Below are positions 38,291-51,638 of a stretch of 64,000 bases of DNA, piece by piece. Within the stretch, counting starts at the first letter, position 1. Each line of letters opens with the position of its first letter. The translations under genes and the position numbers were made by a program. The stretch is from Eledone cirrhosa (lineage: Eukaryota). Where the stretch lies: positions 332,010,001 to 332,074,000 of the forward strand of contig OZ024742.1 in assembly GCA_964016885.1 (NCBI GenBank), written 5' to 3'. Under the pieces are notes generated by a model. The model was not told the DNA's origin. It was given only the letters and a program-made list of their open reading frames with translations, and did not search any database.

Positions 38291-41219
38291 AAATGAAAGC
38301 GGGCCAACCTGGATTTAATTAACACGGAGGCCAATTGCGTTAAACTGGGTATGAAGATAAAACCGAACCCTTCCATCCTAGAACCCCGAGAAGGACCACA
38401 AATTGAACTTTGAATCATTAAGACCTGTCAGGCTGATAGCCCCTTCGAAGTCGGACATAGGAATCGTAAGTAAAACATCCTTGATAAAATAATCCCCACT
38501 CTAGTTAGGAGATCGAAGCTCAAGTTGTGTTCTGGAACTAGTGAGGAAATTAACTGGTTTGAGAAATCGCAGAATAAGAATAGCACTAAGTTTATACAGT
38601 TCGATATCTCTAATTACTACTCTTCAATCTCTCCAACTCTTCTAGGTAGGGCCCTTAACTTTGCTAGCTTACACCGACCTTACATCCGAGGAAATTAGCA
38701 TTATCCTCCTAGCTAGAAAAACCTTAATTGAATTCAACGGTTACCTGTGGACTAGGAGGGATTGGCCAGACAATTTCGACATCACCATGGGATCCACGGA
38801 CTCGGCCCAGGTGACGGATCTGATGTGCCTTTACCTCCTTGACTGTCTCGGAGCGGAAATGCCCCACTTCGGAGGCGGCGCTTACCGTGACGACGTCTTG
38901 TTTACTGTGTCGTTCCATAGTAATAGTATGGTAGAGAGGGTGAGGAAAACACTTAGCAAATTCTTCAAGAGCATAGACCTAAGTATAGTATTTGAAGAGA
39001 ATTTAAAATAGTTAATTTTCTAGATGTTACACTTAACCTCAATTCAGGATTCTTCCAACCTTACCACAAACCTAACGAGAATCTAAACTATGTCAACGCA
39101 AAATCGAACCACCCTAGAATAGTCACTAACGGTATTACCAAAAGTGTCTCTAGTAGAATTTCAGGACTATCTTCCAATGTAGATACCTTTAATAAGATCT
39201 CGAATTACTATAATAGCGCCCTGGAACGCGCACAACATAGTGAGGGACTATCATTTAAACGTCCATTAAATAGTAGGAGTAACTTTGTTCGCGATAGCTT
39301 AGGCCTAAATGGTGACACTCTAGTTAACAGCAGGCGGAATACGAGGGAGGATTCACATAGTCTTCATGCTGTACTGCCACCTAGTCCCAATGCTGTTGGT
39401 ACTAATAGAAACAGCCACCCAGGTACTAACACTGGGTCTAAGCAACGTAACGCCAGCGGAAACTCTCATAGTAACCTTAATTGTGGAACAGATAGAACTA
39501 CCGTTGAACGCAGTATGGAAGGAGGGTCGAGTAGGGGGAATTGGGACAGGTGTAGCAGACGCATAGCTGATACAACCCTAGCTATCGAGGGTAACCTTAA
39601 TAGCCGCACGGGGGATACACCGCCCTGGAGACTTGGGACGATTCCGAACACAATCGTGACACACCAGGACACCACCGACCCACAGGTAATTTCCAGTTAC
39701 GATATACTAGTAACTACTAGGGAGACAGGCAATTCTAATATAGTTAGTAGGAACAAGAGGCATCGGACCAGAAAAGTCATGTGGTATAATTCCCCTTACT
39801 CCACTGGCCTGACCAGTAGTATAGCTAAGCTTTTCTTTAGGGCCTTAGACAAATGCTTCCCTAGATCGCACAGATATTATAAAATATTCAATAGAAATAC
39901 TATCAAGCTGTCCTACTCCACAACTAGTAACATAGCTCAAAATATAGCTAAGATGAATTATGGGTAGACTTAGGACAGCCATTGATGAATTAGGCATGGC
40001 AGGAACACTGGCAGCTCTATTGAGGAATTGACTCATACACGTGAGGCGAGTCGGGTCGCCCCTACTCCAGGGAATTTACCTGTGGAGCAGACTGTGACCC
40101 GACCCCAAAGGTACCGTGGTCCATCCGGAACCACCCAGATCGAAAGCAAAAAAATACAACTGCAGAAGCACCGCCTTACCAAAAACATAGTCTACGACTG
40201 TAAGGTCTCCACTCCTGATAGAACCTTTAGGTATGTTGGGGCAACTGCCACGGAATTGAAGGATAGATGGTATAATCACTGCCATACCTTTATTAGATTA
40301 GATAAGAAAAATAGCACGGCACTTTCGGAATTAGTCTGGAAGCTTAAACTTCAGAATATAGAGCACTCCATATCCTGGTTCATAATTTGTTCAGCCCAAC
40401 CTTATAACGGCAGCACTGGCGTCTGCAATTTATGTAAAGCTGAAACTTTCAATATTATTAGAGGCGCCCCCCTATTAATTAATAGAAGAGCATATTTTTT
40501 CAGCAACTGTCAACATAGAACCTCGAAAACCTTCCGCAGGATTTTTGGAAGGTAACCATACAATAACTCCTCCCTCTCTACTTTAGCCATAAAGTTCTCT
40601 CAATAAACGGACAGTCACACACTTAGGTAGTTAGACGGCTAAGATTGTTTGCGCACTTGCAAAGATACTCGGCCTGTTTCCACGGAGTTCTCACAGCTAA
40701 GTGCTCTCTTTTAGAATACCTAGCTAGTAAATAGTTAGATTGATTACACACTTAGTTAGGACCGATTACGCTCCCTATACATAGCTCTACACAGAGTACC
40801 CGCTTTTTTTAGACATTGAGCTCCCACATTTACGGATGTCACGTTCCTACCGACTGAACACTATACTAGGTTTTGATGCGTGATCATCTAGCCATTGAGG
40901 ACTCACTGTTACGGATTGAACAACGATACTGACACACTATTAATGGGCCCACACACATCCTTTGGTTTTCACTATCCTGTATTTTCATACTTCACCTTCT
41001 GTGTTGGATAACACACCTCCACCACTCAAACAATAATCTTAAAAGCTCATTGGCCCATATGGCGGGAGATCGCACTTGCGGACTCATTTACCCTATACCC
41101 AACCCTACATAGACCCCTTTGCCGGCCCACATTGCAGTTGCTTGCACGCACGGATTTGGTGATTCTGATTCTCAACTGGACAACGGTACACAAGGAGTTC
41201 GATATGAGCTGATTGCTTG

Positions 41220-41690
41220 CTCTTCACATGGATGTGTATATACCCGGAAATCCCCCCCCCCCCGCCACCATTCTTTGGACGATTCGGATGTGTATATACC
41301 ATTTACCATAACACACAATTGGATCTATACATGTATAGCAGAACATTGAACTGAACTTACTTGTGCGCACGCGCGCGTGTGTGTGTGTATGTGTGTAGCG
41401 TTGGTTAACCCAATATTTCCAATTTACATCGTCAAATTGAGCTCTTCACATGGATGTGTATATACCCGGACCCCCCCCCCCCCCCCCCCCACACACACAC
41501 ACCTTTTTTGGACTATTCGGATGTGTATATATCTTTTACCATAACACACACTTGAAGATATGGATGTTATAATTGGATCTATACACGTACAGCAGAACAG
41601 TGAACTGAACTTACTTGCGGGCACGCGCGTGTGTTTGTAGCGTTGGTTAACCCAATATTTCCGATTTACATCGTCAAATTGAGATTTGAC
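41220..41690 (+). repeat. ~222-240-bp diverged tandem duplication in the PLE 3' region
   Basis: ctcttcacatggatgtgtatatacccgg at 41220 and 41442, each followed by a poly-C run and ending gcgttggttaacccaatatttcc.atttacatcgtcaaattgag. Confidence 0.85.
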
Positions 41691-42141
41691 CGACATAGCT
41701 TCTATTGCTTTGCGAACTAACTTTTCGGTGATTGCTGTGTTGGTACATTCTTATATGTGCTTTTTTTTTCGGATATCGCTTCGGTGTGTGTTAAAGTGTG
41801 TGTGTACCCACCCACGCTAATTCTTCGGGTTTAATACTGTGTTGATGTGTGTATATATATGTATTTATTTCTCTTTGACCTCGAGCCGTTGTATGCGGGT
41901 GTGGAGTGTGTGTGTACCCACTCACTTCTAACTGTGACTGACTGTATCCCTACGGATTTGTTTGATGTCCAGCGTCTTTTGCAGCGATAGAAGTCTGAAA
42001 ACTTGTATGACCTCAACTAAAGCTAATAGCAGTCGCCTTGTCTCTGACTGACTGGTGTGTCTCCATATGAGGGAATGAATTATGTGAGAGAACATCGTTA
42101 TTTTTTCTCTCTCATATCAAGAATTTGAAGACAATTCATTT

Positions 42142-42215
42142 TCACCTGATGAGATCAGTGATAATCGATCATGGTTTCGCAATCGATCTATCTCTTATCG
42201 AAACATGTGTCGTGA
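42142..42215 (+). ncRNA. Hammerhead ribozyme motif (PLE type, long stem II)
   Basis: tcac CTGATGA gat...atc GAA ACATGTGT C gtga. GUC triplet. Confidence 0.7.
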
Positions 42216-42636
42216 TTATATGATTGGAATTTTACCTTGCCTTCGGATTTTCATTTTGATACTTATACTCCGTTTTACATCATCTAGCTGTTCCCTCGAA
42301 TGGAATTGGAGATATACAAAAGCGTGGAGAACTTTATATTGCTAACATAAAGTTATTGGACCATTTTACACAACCAATATTGCACCTTACTATATAACAA
42401 CTATATACATATATAAATATATATTCGGTGTGTATGTGTGTATGTGTCACTTCTAAAATCATGTTTGGGGATGGCCAACGGCCTTTTAGTGTTCACACAA
42501 GGTCGTCCATTATATGACCGATACGTGGTTCCTTGCGGCTTTGTACTCTTTTCCCATTCTCAGTAGAATTATAATATAAAAATCATGTGCGGCTTTAAAT
42601 AGGCACGTTTTCTATTTTGCCTAATGCTTGTTATAA

Positions 42637-42726
<90 letters not shown>

Positions 42727-42730
<4 letters not shown>

Positions 42731-43230
42731 TCAATATAGATGAGATTCTACAGGACTAGAACTGTTTCATTCTTTAGAAATCATCAGGAATCTGGCTGTC
42801 CAAAATAAATGTTGTTGTATTTATATCTTGTCAGGTGGTAGGAGAGGGTGGGGAGTGGGATGGGTGGAGGTCATTGGTTGAAAGAAAAGGGAATTCATTA
42901 AAATCTAATTCTTTAAGGCTATAGTTTATAGTTAGTGTGACAAAGGCAGAAAGAATTCTATAAACAAGTTCAAATTGGGATTGCCACTCCTTATTTTTGA
43001 GTTTCTCTTAAACTAACAATGCCTATAATTCAGGTGTCTTTAAGATGGTTGGGGGTCGGTCATGGTTGATGGATTTTAAAAAAAGGGAAATTCTTTAAAA
43101 ACTAAATCTTTAAAGCTCAAATTAGAGTGGTAAAGGCCAACAGAATTCTATGAACCAGTTCAAATATTGGGTACCTATCATTATTGTCATGTTTCTCTTA
43201 AGCTATGTTTCAGGTGTCAACAGACACATT
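42727..43230 (-). mobile_element. PLE terminal remnant with HHR and an internal ~190-bp diverged direct repeat
   Basis: HHR at 42743-42793. ~42870-43040 resembles ~43060-43225. Bounded by (TA)n. Confidence 0.55.
42743..42793 (-). ncRNA. Hammerhead ribozyme motif
   Basis: agattc CTGATGA t-ttc-taaa-gaa-t GAA ACAG-ttctagtc-CTGT A gaatct. Confidence 0.7.
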
Positions 43231-43336
43231 ACATACACACACTCATATATATATATATATATATATATTAATATACACATATACAAACACATCTACACAT
43301 ATACACATATATACGCATATACATAAATACATAAAT

Positions 43337-43388
<52 letters not shown>

Positions 43389-43391
<3 letters not shown>

Positions 43392-44102
43392 ATCAAGTCC
43401 ACTATGCAAGAGGTTGAGACTGTGTCGATGAGTGTGGGGCTGAGAATGAATGAGACTAAAACAAAATATATGGTAGAGAATGTTGAGAAGCCATAGAGGA
43501 TGACTAATGTAGGCGGGAAGCCGCTAGAATTGGTTGAGGACTTCCTCTATTTGGGAGCATAGATTGGGAATACGGAAGATGATGTGATTGAGAGGAAGAG
43601 CAAAGCCTGGGCGGCGTGCCACAGCTTGGGATCGGTGTGGAAGTCCGATCTCCGTAAAGACCTGAAAATCCACCTCTTCATTGCTGTAGTGGAGTCTGTG
43701 CTGCTGTACGGGTCTCAGACTTGGACACTGACAAAAGAAACTCACTCAGATGGTGGAAGGGTGCTACACGAGAATGCTCTGAACATTAATCAGTATACAC
43801 TGAGGATTATAAACTCAGAGCTGTATGGGAGCCTCCCAAACGTCAGATCAAAATTGACACAGAGGAGACTGAGGTTAGCTGGACATGCACACCGACATCC
43901 AGAGTTGACATTGCACTCAGTGAACCTGTGGGAGCCCCTGCATGGACACGCTGGAAGAGGAAGTCCAAGGTTAACGTATGTTGATGCCCTAAGGACAGAC
44001 ACTGGTCTGTTGGAGAGTCTGGACATGGCAGCGATAATGAGGGACAGAGACTGCTGGAGAGAACTCGTCCATGGATCGCGGGAATTTTACCTGCCCTAGA
44101 AA
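43389..44102 (+). mobile_element. RTE-clade LINE 3' fragment
   Basis: VGLRMNETKTKYM, VEDFLYLG, VESVLLYGSQTWTL, RRLRLAGH..RH and GRGSPRLTYVD (ORF 43584..44099). Inserted in (TA)n. Confidence 0.9.
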
Positions 44103-44122
44103 TAATATATATATATATATAT

Positions 44123-44187
<65 letters not shown>

Positions 44188-44233
44188 TACACACATATAA
44201 TCGTCTCTTTCTCCCTGTTTTCATATATATATC

Positions 44234-44267
<34 letters not shown>

Positions 44268-44572
44268 TACACACATACACACATATATATATATATATAC
44301 ATACACATATACATATATATATACACACACACATATATATACACATGTATATACACATATATACATATATATACACATACATACATACACACACATATAC
44401 ATATATATATATATATATATATACATATATACAAATACACATACATACATGTATACATATATATATATACACACATATATATATATATATTCACATATAT
44501 ATATATAAATATACATATACATTCACATACACACACACATACATGCATATATATATATATACATATATATAT

Positions 44573-44711
<139 letters not shown>

Positions 44712-45155
44712 GATGGCTGCCCCCTCGTTATCGAGTATGGCCATTACACGAGGAGAAAAAAAATTAATAAATAAATAAAAATAAATAAAATAAAAAAAGG
44801 AAATATATATGTATATATATATATATACACACATACATATACATATATACACACATATATATATACATACACACATATACATTAATAACAATAAAAATAA
44901 TAATAATAACAACAATAATAATAACGACAACAACAACAATAATAATATACATATACATATATATACACACACACACACACATAAACATACCTATACACAC
45001 ACACACACACGATAGCAACTCACAGCGTTGCGATCGAATGTGGCTTTTTAGCCCAGCCAATGATCTAAAATGTCTTGTAAAGAGTCGGCAACCAAAACAT
45101 TCACTGGGAATAGCCGGATGTGGTTGGAGTTCATGTACGTTTGCGTGTTGATAGT
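44712..45155 (-). mobile_element. RTE/BovB-like extreme 3' end split by microsatellite expansions
   Basis: 45005-45155 encodes CRLFTRHFRSLAGLKSHIRS (decayed C-terminal C2H2). 44712-44755 is the rc tail ggccatactcgataacgagggggcagccatca. Confidence 0.55.
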
Positions 45156-45177
45156 AGTAAATATATATATATACATA

Positions 45178-45212
<35 letters not shown>

Positions 45213-45242
45213 GTAATGTATATATATATATATATATATATA

Positions 45243-45849
45243 ACGAAGGAAATGCGGTAAGGAACCAGGTGGACCATAACGCACCAAAGTACTCAATACT
45301 TAGGGTAGTAGACTGGGTAATAGGAACGAGTAGGACCCCGACGACCGAGCTCAAGCCGTTTCGACGGCTAGTCCAGAATTAACCGTCGAAACGGCTTGAG
45401 CTCAGTAGTATTCAGTTTTGGTTTTAATCTTACCGGTTGCGCATTTCTAATGCTTTTCAAAAATAATTTTGAGATAGAGCGCCCGTGATGTTTGCTCTAA
45501 TCTGATTAGTTTTGGAAATTCTACCTGTTTTATGTGAAAAAAGTGGCTCCAGATGTATAAAAATAAGTTTCACGCCAATTCGTGTTGCAAAAATGATTGT
45601 GGTCAAAACAATTTTGATTGGTCGGTAGAGGTCATGTGAATGTTAAAAATTGATTTTGCGCCAAATGTAGGTTTGTGTCGGCTGATTGAGAAGTCACTGA
45701 AAAATAAGCCTTTCAAAACAAATATGTGTGTGTGTGTAGTAGTAGTAAAGAGGTTCGTTGTTGTGATAATGGTCAGCAGGAATGTGTGTGCGAACCGCAG
45801 CCTGTTGACAGTTCAAATGCCCATTAAGACAATTGTGTGTGTGTGTGTA

Positions 45850-45891
<42 letters not shown>

Positions 45892-46118
45892 GCAGAGTAA
45901 TTCGTGGTAGAGGGATTCGTGGTAGAGGGATGGTCAGTAGGAATGTGTCTGTAAGTGTGTGGGGGATATTTTAACATGTTAAAAGATATTTTTCAGCTCT
46001 TGTCTTATACGGAGAAGTGTGTGTGTATGTGTGTATGTCTCTTTGTATGTTAATGTACGCGTGTGTATGTGTGTATATATGTGCGTGTGTGCGCATACAC
46101 GTGTGTGTGTGTGTGAGA

Positions 46119-46154
<36 letters not shown>

Positions 46155-47710
46155 ACCAGTATTTTTGTGATACTGGTAAAATGGTGTACATTATTCGATA
46201 TTTTCAGTAAAAACGATTCTCTCAATAGAACATAAAAAACCTTAATAATAAATGGTGTGAAATGAAATATAGTATTGGCATAATACCAAGGTGTGTGTGA
46301 GTGTCCAGATTGTACGTACTGCAAGGGGAATCCATTAGGCCTTGCCGTATTGGAATACTTGTGTACAAATATGTATGTGCCCACCAGTGTGCAATGCATG
46401 TGTGCGTTTATGTATGTGTGTGTGTCGGCACGTGTATATCTATAGACATCAAAAGGTATGCACATTTGTGTATATTTGTGTTGCACCATAGAACATGTGT
46501 GTTTACGTATGTCATTGTGTTTATATGTGGATAGAGATGTATGATGATGTAGGTATGTATGTTGACGTGTGTATGTTGTGGGTTCGTCTTAGGGAGAAGT
46601 GTTTAGACGGGGTCCGTATTTGTTAATAAAGTGAGATTCCTTGCTGATGTGCTGGGTGTGGGTGGCATTATCTTTAAATCTGTAGAGGGGAAAGATTCTG
46701 AAGTTGGGATGATTTTGGGCGGCACAGGTATCAATGTGTTCACTCAGTGGCATTTTCCTGTATTCCCGTATTTTAATTTGGGATCTATGGACAGTCATGC
46801 GTTGGCGGGGGCTGTTTTTGTTCTGGCCTATGTATTGTTCTCGACAACCTGAGCAAGTTAATGCATATATTAGATCTTCTGATGCGCATGTGAAATTGTG
46901 TTTTACTAAAAAACGTTGTCCTTCTTTGAAATAGAATTCCGAACCCTCTATTAGGTTGATGCATATGCCACAGTTGGGTCTATCGCATTTTTTTACTGTG
47001 GGTTTCGTTGTTGTGGTTGGCAGTACTTTGGAATGTGTTAGGATGTTTTTCATTGACTTAGATTATCTTTTGCTCTTTATGATATCGTGTGTTCGTAGGA
47101 TTTGGTTCATTCTATGGTCCTTTTTCAACACAGGGATGTTCTGGAGGATGGTGTCAAAGGCCTCATTGTTGAGGAGGTTGTGTGTGGAGATGTATGGAAT
47201 AGCTTTTAGTTTCGGTTGATATACTTTAGGGTGTCTAAGGTCCTGAGTACTGAGTTTTAGGGCACGTTGGATTCCATTGTCAATTAGTGATGCAGGGTAG
47301 TCCCTGCCTATGAGTGTGTCCTTTAGTTATTGTAGCCGTAAGTAGCAGGTTTTTTTTATTGGAGACTATAGTACAGATTATCTTGGCTAAGTTGTAGGGA
47401 ATATTAATGTTAACGTGTCTAGAGTGGCAAGAGTTGAAAGGAAGATATTGCTTGGAGTCTGTGGGCTTGTAGTATATGTATGTTTCTATTTTGTTTGTTA
47501 TGGATGTTAATGAGGATGTCGAGCAAGGGGAGTTGTGGATGGCTGTATTCCATCGTGAAGTTAATATTCGTGTTGAGCCCATTTATAAGGGTGTGAAATT
47601 CTTTAAGTTTCTCGATGTTTTAGTGCCAAAGGATGAAGCAGTCAACTAGATATCGCTTCCAGTTCCTTTCTATGTGTAAGTGGAGAGTGTTTCCAAATTT
47701 GTTTAGGACT
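45243..47710 (-). mobile_element. Penelope-like element, Neptune-like 3' half
   Basis: [28 protein letters not shown], linker CDRPNCGIC and GIY-YIG LIYALTCSGC..QYIGQ..R...H (ORF 46589..47053). Microsatellite-rich 3' region, whose extent is uncertain. Confidence 0.85.
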
Positions 47711-47818
47711 TTATATATATATATATATATTCTGTATATATATATATATATATATATAGTATATTCACACACAAATACATGCATACATATATATATATAC
47801 ATATATATATATACACAC

Positions 47819-47940
<122 letters not shown>

Positions 47941-48996
47941 GTACTGTATATATATATATATATATATATATATTCTTATAGATTGTCCAGATGTGGCACT
48001 CCATATTAGATTGTAATCATCATGATATGAACTCCTTTAGTACTTATTAATAGACTCCACTCTAATTTGTAGATGAGAAACCTAATTTAATTTATATATG
48101 AGATAGGAGTTTATGTATTGCTTGATGGCCAGACTGGTGTCCTTATATGAGAGAATTGATCTCCGGACCACCCTGGAGATATTCAAATTTGCCAAGGATT
48201 CAGACATACAATGACCCAGAGCATACCGGGAGTCATATATAATAATTGGACCATGCCAGGTCCTGCTGGTGGAATACACTTAGAAAGAACATTGATTTGG
48301 AGGTCTGACTCTTCTTATAGAATGCTCAGATATGACACCCCTTAATAGAAGGTAATCATCCTGATATATACACCTTTAGTACTTCTTAATAGACAACACT
48401 GTAACCTATAGATAAGTAACATAATCTAGAAATTAGTTATAACATCATATGATAGGCACTTATTTGAAACACCATTAATGTAATTGAGGATAATAAATTT
48501 AACTAAAAAAAAACACCTAGTTACCTCCCCTTACGCATTAACTCCCCTTGGTCACACACACACTTCCGGAATATAATATCGTCACACAAAACTAAACAAC
48601 ATGATCCATTAATTAAGAATCGACAAGATATGGTTTATAACTTGGTTATATGCTGAACCATCGTGGATTATATGATAGACCCGTGGTCTATATATTGCGA
48701 CTCATGGATTATGTGAGTGGTGGTGTGCGCGAAGACAGTGGTACTGTTTTTCCTACGCTATAATATGTTTTATAATATGTTTGATATTTTTGATATTTTG
48801 GTGTTTCTCTGCAATCGGGATTGTATATCATACAGGTGTATGCGAAAAAATGATTTAACAATTCAGCCCACATAATACTATCGATTGCCTGCTTCAACTG
48901 CCTGACCCTGCAAGTAACAATCTGCCGCACTCTAATCCTGTATAAATAATACTCTAAACTTTCCTCTTGCTTTATCTTCATAAACTGCCAATGTTT

Positions 48997-49388
48997 CATT
49001 TTTATTTTTATTTTTATTTTTATTTTTATTTTTATTTTTATTTTTATTTTTATTTTTATTTTTATTTTTATTTTTATTTAAATTTTTATTTTTATTTTTA
49101 TTTTTATTTTTATTTTTAATTTTATTTTTATTTTTATTTTTATTTTTATTTTTATTTTTATTTTTATTTTTGTTTTTGTTTTTATTTTTATTTTTATTTT
49201 TATTTTTATTTTTATTTTTATTTCTATTTTTATTTTTATTTTTATTTTTATTTTTATTTTTATTTTTATTTTTATTTTTATTTTTATTTTTATTTTTATT
49301 TTTATTTTTATTTTTATTTTTATTTTTATTTTTATTTTTATTTTTATTTTTATTTTTATTTTTATTTTTATTTTTATTTTTATTTTTG
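48997..49388. repeat. (TTTTTA)n hexanucleotide microsatellite
   Basis: Near-perfect run of about 390 bp. Confidence 0.98.
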
Positions 49389-49527
49389 TCCTTTAACCTT
49401 TTTATGTAAATTGCCATGCTATATCATTTTGATGGATGTCATCCCACTGTGGGTCAATATATGCATATGTTTTTATATGTCTCTTGTGTTGAAAAGGAGG
49501 TCAAGTATGTTATAGATCACGAAATAG

Positions 49528-49576
49528 TTGCTCCGAAGAATCCAAACCTCGGTTTGGAGGAAACAATTGTAAGCAA
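49528..49576 (+). ncRNA. Hammerhead motif with a core substitution (CUGA to CCGA)
   Basis: ttgct CCGAAGA a-tccaaac-ctcg-gtttgga-g GAA ACAATTGT A agcaa. Confidence 0.6.
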
Positions 49577-49622
49577 ATAAATGATTTAAACTGAACTTTG
49601 TTTATTGTAATCGCTCTCTCTC

Positions 49623-49720
<98 letters not shown>

Positions 49721-49729
49721 GTGTGTATG

Positions 49730-49874
<145 letters not shown>

Positions 49875-50272
49875 TTCATTTCTGAATTTGTTTAGCAAGA
49901 TTATTTATCTGAAAAGATGGCGTAGGACAGAACAAAGGAGAGGCTCAACAACAAAGAAAAGAATCCCCAGTTACTGAAGAAGTCACAGAATGTGTGACCA
50001 AATAACTTTGACAATATATGAACAATCATCTGGTTGTGGAATCAACCAACCAACCGGAAATGTATAAATTCCTGAATTTATGAATTTATTATAATAAATT
50101 GAAGCGAAAGCAACTGGTGCGTGTGTTTCTTATTGGCAACATGACCCTCCCAAAGTATAACAATATATATTATATATATATATATATATATATGTTATAT
50201 ATTATGGAATACTGTTGGCTTCTTGCTACAATAATTTCTAATTTCTATACTTTTCATTTATATATATATATA

Positions 50273-50826
50273 TGGTGGCTGCCAACTCGTTTACGAGTAC
50301 GGCCACTACTTTATATCCATGTAGGAGAACTACTACCGATGCGCTGAACGAGTGCCACCTTTTAGTCCAGCCAGCGACTTGAAAACTTTGGTACAAACAC
50401 CACACTTGTGACAATTATTGACACATAGTGCTGGGCCCTTGGTACCATGTGACGACAAGTGCAGAGAGATCTCCAGATATAAAGCAATGCCTGTGCCGTG
50501 AAGCTTTTATAGTGAGCAAAGGCACTGCACAAAGCCGGTCCCACTCTCTTAACCAGGATGATATTTACCAAAAAGAAGAATAAGTCAACATCATTGGATA
50601 CCATCAGAGTTGCAGGTGTTATATCAGAGTTTTCCATCTCCTAGAATTCTGCTTTGACAAAGGCTAAGGGGTCATCTCTCCCGGTGATTTTGGATGGCCA
50701 TTGACTCTTAAGAGATCCTTTGCCCTTTGACAGGTTTTCTTTTTAGTCCTGCAGGATATCCAAAGTCACCCTCCTCACCAAGAAACCTTGGTGGGGTTGC
50801 AAGTTTAGTCGCCAACGACCCGACCA

Positions 50827-50830
<4 letters not shown>
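50273..50830 (-). mobile_element. Probable bipartite non-autonomous RTE derivative (5'-UTR-like part plus RTE 3' tail)
   Basis: The tail resembles 44712-44755. Internal ggagatggaaactctga resembles RTE 5'-UTR motifs. No ORF. Lies within (TA)n. Confidence 0.5.
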
Positions 50831-50866
<36 letters not shown>

Positions 50867-50978
50867 ATGAACAAACCTATATATATATATATATACAACC
50901 TTTCGATTGCAAGCCCAATGCTCTAACCACTAAGCCATGCGCCTCCACACACACACACACACACACACACGCGCGCGC

Positions 50979-51038
<60 letters not shown>

Positions 51039-51290
51039 ATATATATATATATGATAATAAGGGCGCTTATCAGTGATCTTCCAACTATCATAGGCATTTC
51101 ATCGCTTTAAAGACCATATACCTCCGGTTGGTGCGAGCAACGGCTAAAAAAAGTCGTTGGGACACGTAAATAAAGAGGCCGCGAGGGTAAACAAACAAAA
51201 TGGTGAAGCAACAGAAAGTGAGGAAGAAGGAGACAGGTCCCAGATTTCTATGAATTTAAGTTCGGTGAAATCGTGAACGAACGTGTGAGT

Positions 51291-51535
51291 GAAGGCGCAT
51301 GGCTTAGTGGTTAGAGCATTGGGCTTGCAATCGAAAGGTTGGGAGTTCAATTCTCGGACCGTGTGATGTGTTGTTTCCTTGAGCAAGACATTTTATTTCA
51401 CGTTGCTCCAGTTTACTCAGCTGTAGAAATGAGTACCGGCCCGCCCAGGCAGTGGGATGGCGTATCTTATGGCTAAAACACCACGAAGTGCTCTGACCAG
51501 CGACGCCAAATGGACACCAGACAGTGATCAAGGTG
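51291..51535 (+). mobile_element. tRNA-derived SINE, family B
   Basis: A-box tggcttagtggttagagc, B-box gttcaattc and core ccttgagcaagaca.tttatttcacgttgctccagt..actcagctgtagaaatgagt. Confidence 0.85.
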
Positions 51536-51638
51536 ATATATATAATCAATGACTTATTTAATTTGTTGATTATTCAACAAATTTAGTTTATAACAGATTA
51601 GAAGCCCTCAACAAATTTTATTCTGGAGTGTAATATCA

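Larger units (their letters stand above)
38290..42390 (+). mobile_element. Penelope-like element, Naiad-like (RT, C-terminal GIY-YIG, long 3' region with HHR)
   Basis: FDITMGSTDSAQVTDL, YRDD, RKVMWYNSPY..IFNRNTIKLSYS, IVYDC..YVGAT..K.RWYNH and CNLC..E..C.H. Flanked by (TA)n. Clade assignment is from recalled motif similarity. Confidence 0.85.

Noticed and set aside
39965-40027. In-frame TGA codons between two same-frame Naiad-like ORFs as possible selenocysteine
   Set aside because: They are accompanied by TAG stops and are not at conserved Cys positions, so ordinary decay is simpler.
48932-49417. Poly-KN / poly-FL ORFs
   Set aside because: Translation of the (TTTTTA)n repeat.
51291-51360. 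tRNA gene
   Set aside because: A and B boxes are present but run into a SINE core with no acceptor stem. The same applies to family A heads.
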